Source: Octopus bimaculoides (Eukaryota). From it: a stretch of DNA of 64,000 bases. The stretch lies in the NCBI RefSeq assembly GCF_001194135.2, contig NC_068996.1:6025202-6089201 (forward strand). Direction: 5' to 3'. This document shows, one piece after another, positions 35,261-48,146 of this stretch (its first letter is position 1; the number at the start of each line of letters is the position of its first letter). The translations under genes were made by a program, and so were the position numbers. Under the pieces are notes generated by a model. It was not told the origin of the DNA, made no database searches, and worked only from the letters and a program-made list of their open reading frames with translations.

Positions 35261-37889
35261 TTATAATATATTTACTTAAGAAAAGGCTGAACGTATATAT
35301 ACATGAATTTTCAGATATTCACTGCAGAAAGACTTAAGATATCGGGAGCGACTTTTATAGTGTCTAAATTCTAGTCATTAAGAGTTTACTCTAGAGACAG
35401 GAACGAATTGGTCTTGAAGGAAACTCGAGATGTGAGTTTATTCGAATCTACTCTCATTTCTGGCTTGCTTGTGACGAGAAGTGAAATTACGCATCGTTAA
35501 CTGTTTGCTCAGCCAAACCTTGGAGCAAAAGACATCGAGATGAGTTTAACCGAATCTACTCAAGGCTTTGTATAGTGAGAGGTAAGGAAATTAAGTTTAT
35601 AGAGCTGGCATAGAGAAGTGCATTAGAGACAAGTTATACTTCATAACGAGGTTTCGCAGGTACCGAGAATTATGTATTGCTCTCTGGCGAGTGTCTTAAC
35701 TTCTGCGATTGATCTGGCTTGCTTGGCAAAAAGTGAGATGTCTGTTCTCTGTGGTGGTCTCGAACCTCAGCACTTAGATCTTCACGGATACTGCTTATCA
35801 CATGAAAAAAGCGCACGAATCTCAAGGACATTTACTTTTGTTCTTTGTGGTGTGATTTTCCACACGTTGATTGATCGATAAATAGAACATAAACGTGATA
35901 ATTGCATGTTTCAATTGTAGTAGCCTGAAAACTAAGCGAATAGGGTTCGAATCCTAGGTATTGCTACAGTACCTTCCAACTTCAGGATCCTTTCTGTTTG
36001 GCTGCCAGCATTTATCGAAAATTTTAATATTTGGCACAATTTACTAATTTGTTGTGTGGATCCCCCAAAATCTTGTTTGGACCCCGTTTGAGGACCACTG
36101 ATTTAAAAGATCTCTATGTGTAGCTCGGAAACCAAGGATTCTCTAGAGGTCGAATCGTTACTTCTTGCATTGAGATGTCACAGCTACGGTACTACAGTCG
36201 TACGATTTTAATGGCGTAGGAAAGACTCATAAGATGAATTCTTCAAGCTGAGCCAGCCAACTGGAGACCTAGTGGTAGACCATGAATGAGATAGTTTAAT
36301 AATAACCATTGTCTCAGTTGATCACGCTTAGGAATTCAACCGAAAAGTGCTTCTGACGGTTGCTTTTGATAGGACCTCACTGAGAAGGTACCTCCGAAAT
36401 AATGGACGGGAAGATGGATAGATCAATGGATGACAATACGCTGATTGATATTCCTTATCTAACATGAAAAAGGGATCTACAATAGTACTTTAAGGGCCCC
36501 TGAATAAATTTTGCTGTAAATGTATGTATTAATACGCATTGCATGAAACTAGCTAGGTTTCTTTCTCTGACACTTTACATAGTTCAACCTAGACAAGTTA
36601 ATGAGTGAAAAACAAAATAGGAATTTTGAAAGAAGTTTCTATAAAACTAGCTTTTAATGGCTATGAGGGTCCACCAGGATAAAATAGAAATCAAAGGTGT
36701 CCATTGATAAAAAAAAATTGTTGAGAACCCCTGCTTTAAAGGAACCCCATTTGATCATTCATAACCATAGGTATAGATAGGCGCGGAAACTAAAGCGAAG
36801 GCATCAAGTCTGGTTCTTTTAGTAACCCGTCTTTTTATCGTGATCGAATGCTGAAGCTGCCGCATTACTATGCCGACAACAGCAATTCTCACAACCAATT
36901 CAGTTTCCCGCTTCCCATTACTCGTGAATACGGCCCCGAGGTAATGTCTTAGATCACTTTTTTGTTATACAATGATCATGAGAAATTTAAATTAAACAGG
37001 GAATAACACTCTTGACACTGGCAAAAATTATTGTTTACAAAAACAGCAGTAACTGTATTCAGCTGAATAGACGTCAGTGACTGGTTGAAATTACAGAAAT
37101 ACGACAACTTTAACATGAAATAACTTGCGATGTACAAATTTTTGTTAAGAAGGCTAAGAGAAAAAGTTGTTTTATATGACACATTCTACCAATATCCCAA
37201 GTTTGAAAGTGCTTCGTTAAGAAAACAAGTGGTGTCCGTCAAATCAGGAAGATCCTTATTGACTAGCTAAAAAAGATATGGGTTTCTTTTCTTATTAAAA
37301 AAGAGAAAACAATAATAAAACAAAATTTCAACATTATCACCATCTCTTCTTCGAAAACGTATTCTAAGATAAGGCATCAAAATGAAGTTATCTCAGAATA
37401 AGTGTCACACACAATCGACTAAAATAAAACGGAAGGATGGGCGGTCAATCCAATATTTAAATTCTTTTTTTTTTATATAGTTTTATAAGCTTTGAGATCC
37501 ACTGTTTCAAAAAAGGAAAAAGAAAAATTTTGGAAAGATACCAAAGTAGGGTCGTAGCTGAAAGATAGGAACCTAATAAAGGTTCGATTTGACGTTTCTT
37601 ATTTAATAACCTTTAGTGTATACGCATGTGTTATTGTCTCCCTTCACGGCTCTCTAATGGCGAGAGTTACTAGTTGAAGATTTTTTCTATTTTTATGTAA
37701 ACCTCAACTAAATTACAATTAAATTCTACAAGCACTATTCTTATTAAGTTTACCGATACTATTGCCGCCACTCTATGTCTGTTACTCTCACTACTTTCTC
37801 ACTACTGTCTCCCTTACCACTACTACGTCTACAACTTATTGCTGCTGCTACTACTACCTATTACCTCTACTATTACTATAGCTACATCT

Positions 37890-37898
37890 ACTTCCGGT
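37890..37898 (+). promoter_or_regulatory. ETS site upstream of the putative THOC5 first exon
   Basis: ACTTCCGGT about 50 bp upstream of ATG 37948. Confidence 0.4.
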
Positions 37899-37947
37899 AG
37901 TGTCGCTACTCTACCCTCGACTTATACTGACTATATAAACCGGTAAC

Positions 37948-37992
37948 ATGAAGAAATCAATGGATGTTAAGAAACACAAGCTAGAAGAGAAT
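37948..37992 (+). CDS. THOC5: THO complex subunit 5, putative coding exon 1
   Basis: ATG...MKKSMDVKKHKLEEN followed by a perfect donor AAT|gtaagt. Phase 0 is compatible with the next exon, and the Lys-rich start fits a THOC5 N-terminus, but homology over 15 aa is weak. Confidence 0.55.
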
Positions 37993-38129
37993 GTAAGTTA
38001 TATCGCTATTACACTTATTATTAATAATAATAATAATAATAATAATAATTATTATTATTAATAACTATTCGCGAATAATCTAACTATATTTCTTGGATAT
38101 CGGCCTTTATCGTAATCTATGGATGTAAG

Positions 38130-38244
38130 CCTTTATGTTTGGATTTAGTGGATATCGTAATCAAATCTTCCTCAATATAAATGTCACCGCACCGTTTTAA
38201 AAGGGAACGAACACATTACATAATGTAGTCATTCATACGCCTGA

Positions 38245-38288
<44 letters not shown>

Positions 38289-38710
38289 CGTTTTTGGATT
38301 TGGTTTGCAAGGTTCTTTATGTGAGTTCGTGTGTTGAAGCATATTCTGTTGTGTCTGGGGAGAGTCATTCTCTTTTGGTGCCTTATAATTTGATACACTT
38401 ACCAGTAAAATTTCTAAGGCGATCTTTCGGTATTGGTATTGTACCGAAAGATGACCCTTTTTTATTTTTCTGAAATTATCACCGGTGAGTGTCTTAAATT
38501 ATAAGGCACCAAAAGAGAATGACTCTCCCCAGACACAACAGTATATACACACACATACACACAACTAAATACATAAATGCAAAACAAGGTGGAAAAAATA
38601 GTACTCGAATACCTAAGGTAGAGTAATATGCTTTTATTAAAGCTGAAAAATCTTAAAATTGTTACTCAGAGTTTCACGTTCCTGTTCGTCGGAGACAGTT
38701 GTGATGAAGT
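38130..38710. mobile_element. Penelope-associated repeat with GIY-YIG-like fragment and 75-bp inverted duplication
   Basis: Peptide KRMTLPRH (PLE GIY-YIG-like RKRMTLHR); inverted arms at 38341-38414 and 38472-38546. Confidence 0.5.
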
Positions 38711-38719
38711 CCATCTCTG

Positions 38720-41700
38720 CAAGAAATAAATGCCACCGTGAGATTTCATATGACTAGCAAGTGTGGCTTTGGACAAACAAACCCGACTGCAGATGTTACA
38801 TTTTCGGATAGAAAAATATCTGGGATTGATGTTAAGCTTTGTTTACAAAGTGCTTGTTTCAAGATGTATGGTTCGATTCTCCTTGATCCAAATTTGACGA
38901 AATCCCTAAAACGTTTCTTAGGTTTATGCCTTGGACGTTTACTATGTTGCAACTTCCCGAAAAACAACAGCTTAGGTACTTTGTCATACTGCATTCCTAG
39001 TAAGGCATCTGGTTATGTATGAGGAGCTTTTTAATACTAGATGCGCTGAAGATGTTTAAGATCCTCTTAAGGCAAGTTTGATGGAATCTTTCCAAAACCT
39101 TGCTTGATGTGATGATGATATACAAGGGGGTAACCGGAAGCGTTCTCTGTGGGACAAGCCCGTTGTAGTTTAGACTTCCGTCGTTAGAAGCCACTTGATG
39201 CGACCCTCAAGCATCATTCTGCCGACCGTAGTGTGTCTTTGTTTTACAGTGATTCTCCTCTGTTTGTCGAATTTTGCGATGGCTGAAACGAAAGAACAGT
39301 GTTTCCATGAAATTCTTTTTTCTGCTGGGTTAAACTGCGAGCAAAACAGTTGTCATGCTTCAAACAGCTTACAAGGATGCTGCCATGAGCAAAACGCAAG
39401 TTTACGAGTGGTTTTCATGCTTCAGGAAAGGTCTCTTGTTGCTTGAAGACCAACCTCGTTCAAGACGACTGCTGACCTACTGAACGAATGAAGCCATCAT
39501 GAAATTTCTTGAACTGATCTTTGAGGGATGTTGTCAAACAATTGATGAACTTGCTTATATGACTGGTGTGTTCTGGAGCTCCTGCCAACAAAGTGGGGAA
39601 TTGCGAATGAAAAGAGTTGTAGCTAAGTTTGTTACTCACTTGCTCACAGAAGACCAAAAGCAATCATCTTGAAGAGGTGAAGTAAAAAAAAAGATGGAGG
39701 CTTTTAAAGGCATTGCTTTGGAAGAGTTCCTGGATTGCTTCTAATAGTAGAAAACGCTTCTGGACCGATACATTGCTTCAAATGGAGAATACTTTGAAGG
39801 TGATAAAAGTGTAAACATGTAAAACTAAGTGAATAAAATAATATTGCAAAATTCTAGTTTCTTTTGGGTACCCCCTCATACATATCATCTGAGCAGAGTA
39901 TAAAAGAGGAGCGAAGATGCATGATTCATAGATGCTGAACTTGGTTTTGATGGTAATACCTCTGTTAGACCACACTTGATTTTTGAGCGTTCCAAATGCT
40001 TTGCTGGCTTTTTCAATCCTCAAATTTCGGAATCAAGGAACCCATCTCTAGAGAGAGTACTGCCAGAGTAGACAAAAAGAGTCAACAACAACATTCAATT
40101 TTGTACCCTGGAAGAAGAGGTTAAGTTCAATATAGGGCTCGCCTGGAAGCTGAGAGAACATGATCTTTGTCTTCTTCAGGCTGATGGTGAGTCCAGAAGC
40201 AGTGCATGCTCAAGAGAAGAAATCCATTATAGCCTGCATGTCTTCTGCGTGAGCGACAACTATATTGTGAACATAAAGGAGTTCATGAACAAGAACATGG
40301 AAAGTCTTCAATTTTGTGTTGGAGTGTGTTTACATCAAAAACCTTACCTGTAATCTTGAAATGAATTATAGATGTTCATATTACAGTCCTTGAAACTGTG
40401 CAAAACAGTTACAGCAAAATATATGTGTATTTAAGTGTCAGAGCTGAAGTATCACTTTGTTTAATCCTGTTATGAATAGAAATTGGTTCTAAGGATGAAC
40501 TGTTAAAACGAGCTTTCATATCACTATGGAGATGTGTCTGATATGTCCCTCTGTGGATGACAGAAGGATATATCAACTTTGTTAGCTGGTTCAGTAAAAG
40601 TTTTGCAAAAACCTTACGAACCGCTTCAAGCAGGTTTATTTCTCAGTAATTTCCACACTCAGATTTGGATACCTCTTCTTCAAATAATGAAATTAAAATG
40701 GCACCAACCCAATCTTAGCGGACAGGAACACCAAACCAGATGCCTGATATTGGTGGATCACTACAACAAGCCTGTCACTCCCTTGGAGAATGACTTCAAT
40801 GGGAATACAAGACCTGGTGCTTTCCCAGTATTAATATCTTTGTTCTTTATTTCATCTGTAGTGGAACAGTCCATTATTGCAAGACAATATCCTTTTGAGG
40901 CAGATTATTGATGACATTTTCACCAGTAACTGGGGGATTATAAAAAGATCTGTGAAGTGATCAGACCATTTCATGATGTCCTCATGATCCTTAAAGAGAA
41001 AGGAACCATCCTTAAATTTAAATGGTACCTCAAAGCAAGATTGAAGACTGAAGACTTGTCTGTTTAAGTAATATAATATTTTCAAGTCTTTACTGTTGAA
41101 AGCACTCTGAATCTTGTTAAAAATGTCATACCATTGTTGGTTTTTCATTTGTCATATTTTGCATTGAAATGATGATTTTATTCCTCGGAGATTGCAGCAA
41201 GGACTTTTTATCTTTATCTGATGCACTGAGATATTTTTGGTGGAACATGTTTTATCTGCAGATCATTTTCATTAAACTATAGTCTCAATGTTCTCTATTT
41301 TTGAAACCAATAACCTTAGCTTCAATATTGTAGATGCCAGTCTAAACTGATCCCAAGTTCCATCAGCTTCTATCTCCTCAGTAGCTTTTCAAAAATTCTC
41401 ACGCACATTAGATTCCTTTAATTTCAACACATCAGTATGTTTAAAGACTTTTATTCCTCCAGATCTTATTTTGCACATGTGAAGTTTCAATTTACTAAAT
41501 ATGAGCTCATGATTCGTCTCACATTCTCCATCCCACATGACTCAGACAATGCAAATATCTGGAAGGTCTCATTTCTTGGTGATAATCGAAAATATGCCCA
41601 GGTATAGATCTGAGTGTATCCAAGTAATTCTATACACTTCCTTTCAATGAAAAACAGTGCTATGAACGACATGTTCAAATTCAGTGTAAAACTGAAGAAA

Positions 41701-42200
41701 GTGATGACCATGGTTGTTCATCTTGCCTAGACCATGCTTTCTTAGTGCATTCCAGGTCTTATGATCACATCCAGCACAAACATTGAAATCACCCAAAGAG
41801 GAAGATCTTATCTACTTTTGAAATCAAAGTTATAACTGATCTAAAATCCTGGTAAAAATCATGATAGATTCACTACTGCTGTCAAGAGTGAGAGAATAAA
41901 CAGAAAGGACTGTCATAAAATGTTTGCATGGTAAAGAAGCATGAAAGCACATGCTTCTATCACTGAAACCATGAGGTTTTAATTTGTGGGTTATCTCTGT
42001 ATGAGTGACAAAACCAATACCCCCTTCTCGTTTTTCACCCTTCCAGAAAAAGGTGTGTCCAGCACCTGTTTCTGTCAATTAATCTTCACCACACAACTAG
42101 GCTTCAAAGAGTGCAGCATTGTCAATATTATACCAAGCCAACAACTTTGCTATTCTGCTAGTTCATCCTCAGGATTACTGGATTCTTTGTGATCAAAAAG
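38720..42200 (-). mobile_element. Decayed RTE-clade LINE (APE endonuclease, RT, C-terminal region) in THOC5 intron 1
   Basis: GHTFFWKG...GGIGF...TVLSVY (APE); RIEKASKAFGTLKNQVW...APLLYSA and VLERFHQTCLKRILNI (RT); KVPKLLFFGKLQHSKRPRHKPKKRFRD. Confidence 0.85.
39123..39878 (+). mobile_element. mariner element nested in the RTE LINE
   Basis: TA TSD at 39121-39122 and 39879-39880; TIRs caagggggtaacc / gggtaccccctca; N-terminal HTH peptide AYKDAAMSKTQVYEWF. Confidence 0.8.
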
Positions 42201-42716
42201 TGTCTTAACATTTTATGTTCCCACCATTACTCTACAATTCTTGCTTGTATGTTTTTTTTTTCTTTGTCTTTTTCCTGCTATTGTGAACAGCAATCAGCTG
42301 CAGGTTGCAGGGGTCCATATGATAGCAGTTGACTCACATAGGTTTCTGCACTCTTTGACAGGTTTTTTCATTCCTCAGAGTATCCAAAAACCACCCTCCT
42401 CACCGCAAAATCTTGGTATGATTGTTGGTTTGGTTGCCAACAGCTTGGCCATGTTACACACTGTACTGGGTTATAATATATATACATGCATGCATATGTA
42501 CATACAAACATTCATGCAAGTGCCAGGTAGTGTGACGCAATCTCTTAATGAGACTAAAAAGCACAAATGGATTAGCCGTTGACTCGCATAAGTTGCAGTA
42601 TCTTTTTACTGATTTTGTTTTTCATCTCTCAGAGTATCCAAAAACCACCCTCCTCACCATGGTTGCCTGTTTAGTTGTCAACAGACTGACCATGCAACAG
42701 ACTGTACTGGGTTACA

Positions 42717-42753
<37 letters not shown>

Positions 42754-43021
42754 CATGCAGACCTCATCTCCAACTTCCAGAAATCCAGGAATACTGTGCA
42801 ACATTATGTAATGTATGATACCCCCTGTTGAATAAAGAACCTGTTTTTCAAGTTGGTTAATTTGCATATGGTGTGTTTAAAATATTTTTTTGGTTCTTTA
42901 CCTGTTTTAAATGAATTGATAAAGATGAAACCTATTCTGCTTTAGAACTATTAATTTGTGAGTGTATTATAAATTTTGATTTTCATCTTATAAACATTAT
43001 ACTGTATAACATGGCACAGAT

Positions 43022-43213
43022 TAAGGGCGCACATGACGGAGACGTAACCCGACCCTTCCCTCACTTTTTGCTATGGAAATTCCAATTCTGAAAAAAAAAT
43101 TCGCAAAATTCGCAATTTCCGTATTTTTCTACATATTTCGCCCCCTCCCCCTCTCCTCCAGTGAAGAAATGGAGTGGAGGAGGTGGCGGGTGATGTCTCT
43201 GTCATGTGCGCCT
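43022..43213. mobile_element. MITE with about 22-bp TIRs
   Basis: agggcgcacatgacggagac ... gtctctgtcatgtgcgcct. Confidence 0.6.
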
Positions 43214-43224
43214 ATTTTTATTAA

Positions 43225-43392
43225 TATTTAGAAGTAACAGAGTGACTTGAGGTCTGAGAGTTTCCTGCGTTGGCACTTATCAAACTTTGATAAGCGCCAA
43301 CACGCGAAACTCTCAATCCTTGAGTCTCTCTGTTAAGTGTCTACACCCGAAACTCCCGGACTTTGAGTCACTCTATTACTTCTGCTAAATAT
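43225..43392. repeat. Palindromic element with a near-perfect 59-nt inner hairpin
   Basis: gagagtttc..gttggc.cttatcaaa-c-tttgataag.gccaac..gaaactctc at 43256-43314, with outer arms gaagtaacagagtgac / gtcactctattacttc. Confidence 0.75.
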
Positions 43393-43424
43393 TGATAAAA
43401 ATATTAGAAGTATATATTGAAACT

Positions 43425-44170
43425 CATCGTCATCATCATCATTTAACGTCCGCTTTCCATGCTACCATGGGTTGGACGATTTCACTGGGGACTGGCGAAC
43501 CAGATGGCTACACCAAACTCCAATCTGATCTAGCAGAGTTTCTACAGCTGGATGCCATCCTAACGCCAACCACTCCAAGACTGTAGTGGGTGCTTTTTAC
43601 ATGCCACCGGCACGAGAGCCAGTCCGGTGGTACTGGCAACGGCCACGTTCAAATGGTGTTTTTTTACGTGCCACCTGCACAGGAATCAGTCCAATGTTTT
43701 GTTCACATGCCAGTCCGGTGGTACTGGCAACGGCCACGTTCAAATGGTGCTTTTTACGTGCCACCAGCATGGAAGAGAGACCGCTGCTCTGGCAGTGATC
43801 TTGCTCGGATGGTGCTGTTAGTGCTCCACTGGCACGGGTGCCAGTCATTGAATTTGGTTCAGTTTTTATCTCACTTACCCCAACGGGTCTTCGCAAGCTG
43901 AGCTTAGTGTCCAATGAAGGAAAGTTGGCATGGGTACCAATCAACGAATTTCGTTCAGTTTTCGATTTCGATTTCACTTGCCTCAACAGGTCTTCGCAAG
44001 CAGGGTTTTCTGTCCAAAGAAGGAAAGGTACGCATAAGTGGGCTGGCTCCACCCATGGTAAAAGCCACGGGTTATGGTCTCACTTGTCTTGCTGGGTCTT
44101 CTCATGCACAGCATATTTCCAATGGTCTCGGTCGCAAGTCATTGCCTCGGTGAGGCCCAATGTTTGAAGG
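43425..44170 (-). mobile_element. SINE-like family B with RTE-type (GAT)n tail
   Basis: Tail ...gcatggaaagcggacgttaaatgatgatg. Copies lie at about 47270-47440(-), 53000-53120(-), 53415-53900(-), 55490-55890(+), 62310-62770(+), 63340-63500(+) and 10170-10235(+). Confidence 0.7.
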
Positions 44171-44680
44171 TCGTGCTTCACCATCTCATCCCAGGTCTTC
44201 CTGGTCTACCTCTTCCACAGGTACCCTCAACTGCTAAGCTGTGACACTTTTTCACACAACTATCCTCACCCATTTTTGCCAAATGACCATACCAGCGCAA
44301 TCGTCTCTCAAGGTACTTACACTCTGTCGAGTATGCACAGTGACATTTCACATCCATCGGGGCATACTGGCTTCATTCCTTGCGACCGTACGCATGTCCT
44401 CAGCAGTCACAGCCCATGTTTCACTGCCATGTAGCATGGCTGTTCGTACACATGCGTCATACAGTCTGCACAAGAGGCCCTTTGTCACCAGCAGAGGTAA
44501 GAGCTCTCTGAACTTTGCCCAGGCTATTCTTATTCTAGCAGCTACACTTTCAGTGCACCCTCCCCCATTACTGACTTGGTCACCTAGGTAACGGAAGCTA
44601 TCAACTACTTCTAGTTTTTTCTCCCTGGAATGTAGCAGAAGTTGTTTTCTGCACATTTTCAGTGTTTATTGCTCCTTTCG
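44150..44680 (-). mobile_element. RTE-clade LINE RT fragment
   Basis: LEVVDSFRYLGDQV...ARIRIAWAKFRELLPLL...LYDACVRTAMLHGSETW. Confidence 0.85.
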
Positions 44681-47600
44681 AGTATTGGGCCTCATTGAGG
44701 CGCAATGACAAATGACTGAAACCCATCAGGCTAAGTAAAATTGCACATTCTCTACATTCATTGCCTATGTCTTGCTACCATTGCACAGTATTGTAACATA
44801 AGTAACATGCAATTAGCCTTTCTCTCAAAGAATGAAGAATTAACCTTGTTGTCAGTCGGAGAGTAGTTTTGTAGCTTCTCTGCAGCAAGAAACCTATTCT
44901 GCTCTGCCCCCTTCTCTCATACTCCTTCCCCTCATCTCCTAATATAAAGTTGCTCCTTTAGGGTATATAAATTTGCAAACTGCGTGGCAACCTCATTAGT
45001 ACTCGTGGCACAAATATGCAATTAGCATATGCTATACAAAATGGTTGGCATTAGAAAGGGCCTCCAGCTATAGAAACCATACTAAAGCAGACAATGGGAC
45101 GTAATGCTGTCCTTGGACCCATCAGATCGATCCTGTCCAACCATCCAATCTATGCTCTCCTAGGTAGGTTGGAAGACCAAATCTTGATCAAAAATATTCC
45201 ATTTTTAGCATCATTTCTGCAGCTAGATGCCATTGATAACACCCACCACTTTACTGAGTGTACATGACCTTGGACAGACTTTGATCTGTCTGCAAATATA
45301 ACACCCTTATATCATCTTTACTCATTTATAAACTGCTTGATGAGGTATTCTGGGTGCATTTTATGATGACAACAGCACCAGTGAGGTTATTTGCTCTTGC
45401 AATCTAAAGAGTTTTCACTTTGCTGTGGTGTTTCCACTTGTCTGAGGTCATCTTCATCGTAATCATCATTGTCTTAATGTCCACGTTTCCATGTGCACAT
45501 GGGATAAACAGAATTTGTTGAGGTGAATGCTCTTCCTGTTGTCAACCCTCACCTGTTTCCAATCAAAGTAATATTGCCTCATGATCAGATATTTCTTTCA
45601 CAGAAGACTAGAAACAAAGGACACCACCTGCATGATGGTGACATTCATTTACAATTGTCATGCAAAGTCAAAACAAGGAAGCAGTAACACACACACACAC
45701 ACACTCTCATTCATTCATTCATCATCATCGTTTAACGTCTGTTTTCCATGTTGGTTTGGGTAGGACAATTTGACCAGAATTGCAAAGCTGGAGAGCTGTA
45801 CCAAGTTCCAGTCTGACTTGGCTTGCTTCCTATGACTGGATGCCCTTCCTAATGACAACCACATTACAGAGTGTGCTGGGTGTTTTTAACGTGACACTAG
45901 CATGGGCACCTTTACTTGGTGCCAGTATGGGTGCTTTTTATGTGGCACTGGCACACAGCTCTTAAAAAGCACTTGTGCTGGTTCCACATAAAAGCACCTG
46001 GCACACATTTTGTATTTACATATATGTAAATACAAGTGTGTGTGTGTGTGACAAACTTCTTTCAGTTTCCATTTTCCAAATTACAATACTTTGGTTAGCC
46101 CAGAGCTGCAGTAGAAGACACTTTCCCAAGGTTTTACTCATATGGTTGGGGAGCAGCAAATTAACACACTGCCATGCCTGCCCCCAAGGTGAATATATAA
46201 TATATATATATATTCTAGCATGACTGTATGATTAAGATTTTAGCTTCCCAACCACTGGCTTTTGGAATCAATACTATTGCACCATGCATAAGCATCTTCT
46301 ACAATAGTTTGGAGCTGACCAAAGCTTTGTGAATGGTTTTGGTTGTTGGAAACTGAAAGAAGCCCATCATATACCTGTGTGTGTGTTTGTGTTTCCTTGT
46401 TTTAACATTGTGCAAGAGTTGTTAAATTAGTGTCACCATCATACAAGCAATATCATTTGTTTCTGGTCTTCTTTAAAAGCATGTCCAGTCATAGGGAAAC
46501 TTTGCTCAGAAATAAGTGAAGGTTGATGACAAAAGGACATCCTGCTGTAGAAAATCTGCCATAACATTTTTTCTGACATATTAATAATTCTATTAGCTTG
46601 CCACTGCTTAATACCACAGATTTGCTTGTCAGTTGCTTGACTGTAACCAGTTGAGCATGTTCCCTTATTGATTAATGATATGTGCATTTTTGATCACTAG
46701 CAGAAGTAGTGGAGGAGCATCATAGTCATGTGTTGAAAGGAATTCTTTGGAGTTTGAGTAATTCACTTCTGAAAACATAGGTGTTTCCTTCATCCTTATT
46801 CAGGGACCGTTTGAGTGTAATGGGCTACTCAACCTGAAGAAAATTCTAGCTGGGCCCCACCTGTAAGATCATGCATTGATTATCTTGATATGAGATCACC
46901 ATGTCGTGCATATATGGTTGTGATGCATGTGCCTGGTTTACCCTTATCAGACAAGTAGTCATGATGGGTATATTGAGCTTCATATATTTGTACTCCAGTG
47001 TCACTTTGATGGCATGCACTGATCTCTCACTCAATAATAATAATAATAAGGCTACAGCAAATATTCTGCTTAATACCACAGATTTGCATGTCAGCTGCTT
47101 GACCTTAAGCATTTGAGCATGTCCCATAGTGGCTAATGATATGTGCATCTCTGACCACAAGCTGGTGTAGTGGGGGAGCATTGTAGCCATGTGTTGAGAT
47201 GAATGGGTATATTAGGCTTTGTATATTTGTACTCCAGTGTCACTTTGGTGGCATGCACTGATCTCTAACTCAATAATCATCATCATCATCATCATCATCA
47301 TCGTTTAATGTCCGCCTTCCATGCTAGCATAGGTTGGACGATTTGACTGAGGACTGGTGAAACCAGATGGCTACACCAGGCTCCAATCAGATTTGGCAGA
47401 GTTTCTACAGCTGGATGCCCTTCCTAACGCCAACCACTCAGAGAGTAATAATAGTGATTAGAGCGTCACGCTTATGGTTGTGAGTTTGATTCCTGGACCG
47501 GGCTGTGTGTTGTGTTCTTGAGCAAGACACTTTATTTCATGTTGCTCCAGTTCACTCATCTGTAGAATTGAGTTGCGACATCACTGGTGCCAAGCTGTAT

Positions 47601-48146
47601 CAGCCTTTGCCTTTCTCTTGGATAACATCAGTGGTGTGGAGACGGGAGGCTGGTATGCATGGTGACTGCTGGTCTTCTATAGAGAACCTTGTCTGGACTT
47701 GTGTCTCAGAGGGTAACTTTCTAGGTGCAATTCCATGGTCATTCATGACCGAAGTGGGTCTCCTCAATAGGGCTACAGCAAATGTTCTGCTCAATACCAC
47801 AGAATTGCATGTCAGCTGCTTGACCTTAACCGTTTGAGCATGTCCTATAGTGGCTGATGATATGTGCATCTCTGACCACAAGCTGGTGTAGTGGGGTGGA
47901 GCATTGTAGCCATGTATTGAGATGAATGGGTATATGTGTATATTTGTACACCAGTGTCACTTTTACGGCATGTACTGCTCTCTCATTCAATAATAATTCT
48001 TTCTACTTTAAATACAAGGTTTGGAATTTTGTGGGGAGAGACTAGTCAATGACATCGACCCTAGTGGTCATCCCAAAAAAAAACAATGAAAAGCAAAGTC
48101 AACCTCGGTGGCATTTGAATAATGATAATAATAAATATCTTTGCAG

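Noticed and set aside
42320-42730. About 150-bp direct duplication
   Set aside because: Adjacent to the 5' end of the RTE remnant; most likely duplicated LINE 5' sequence.
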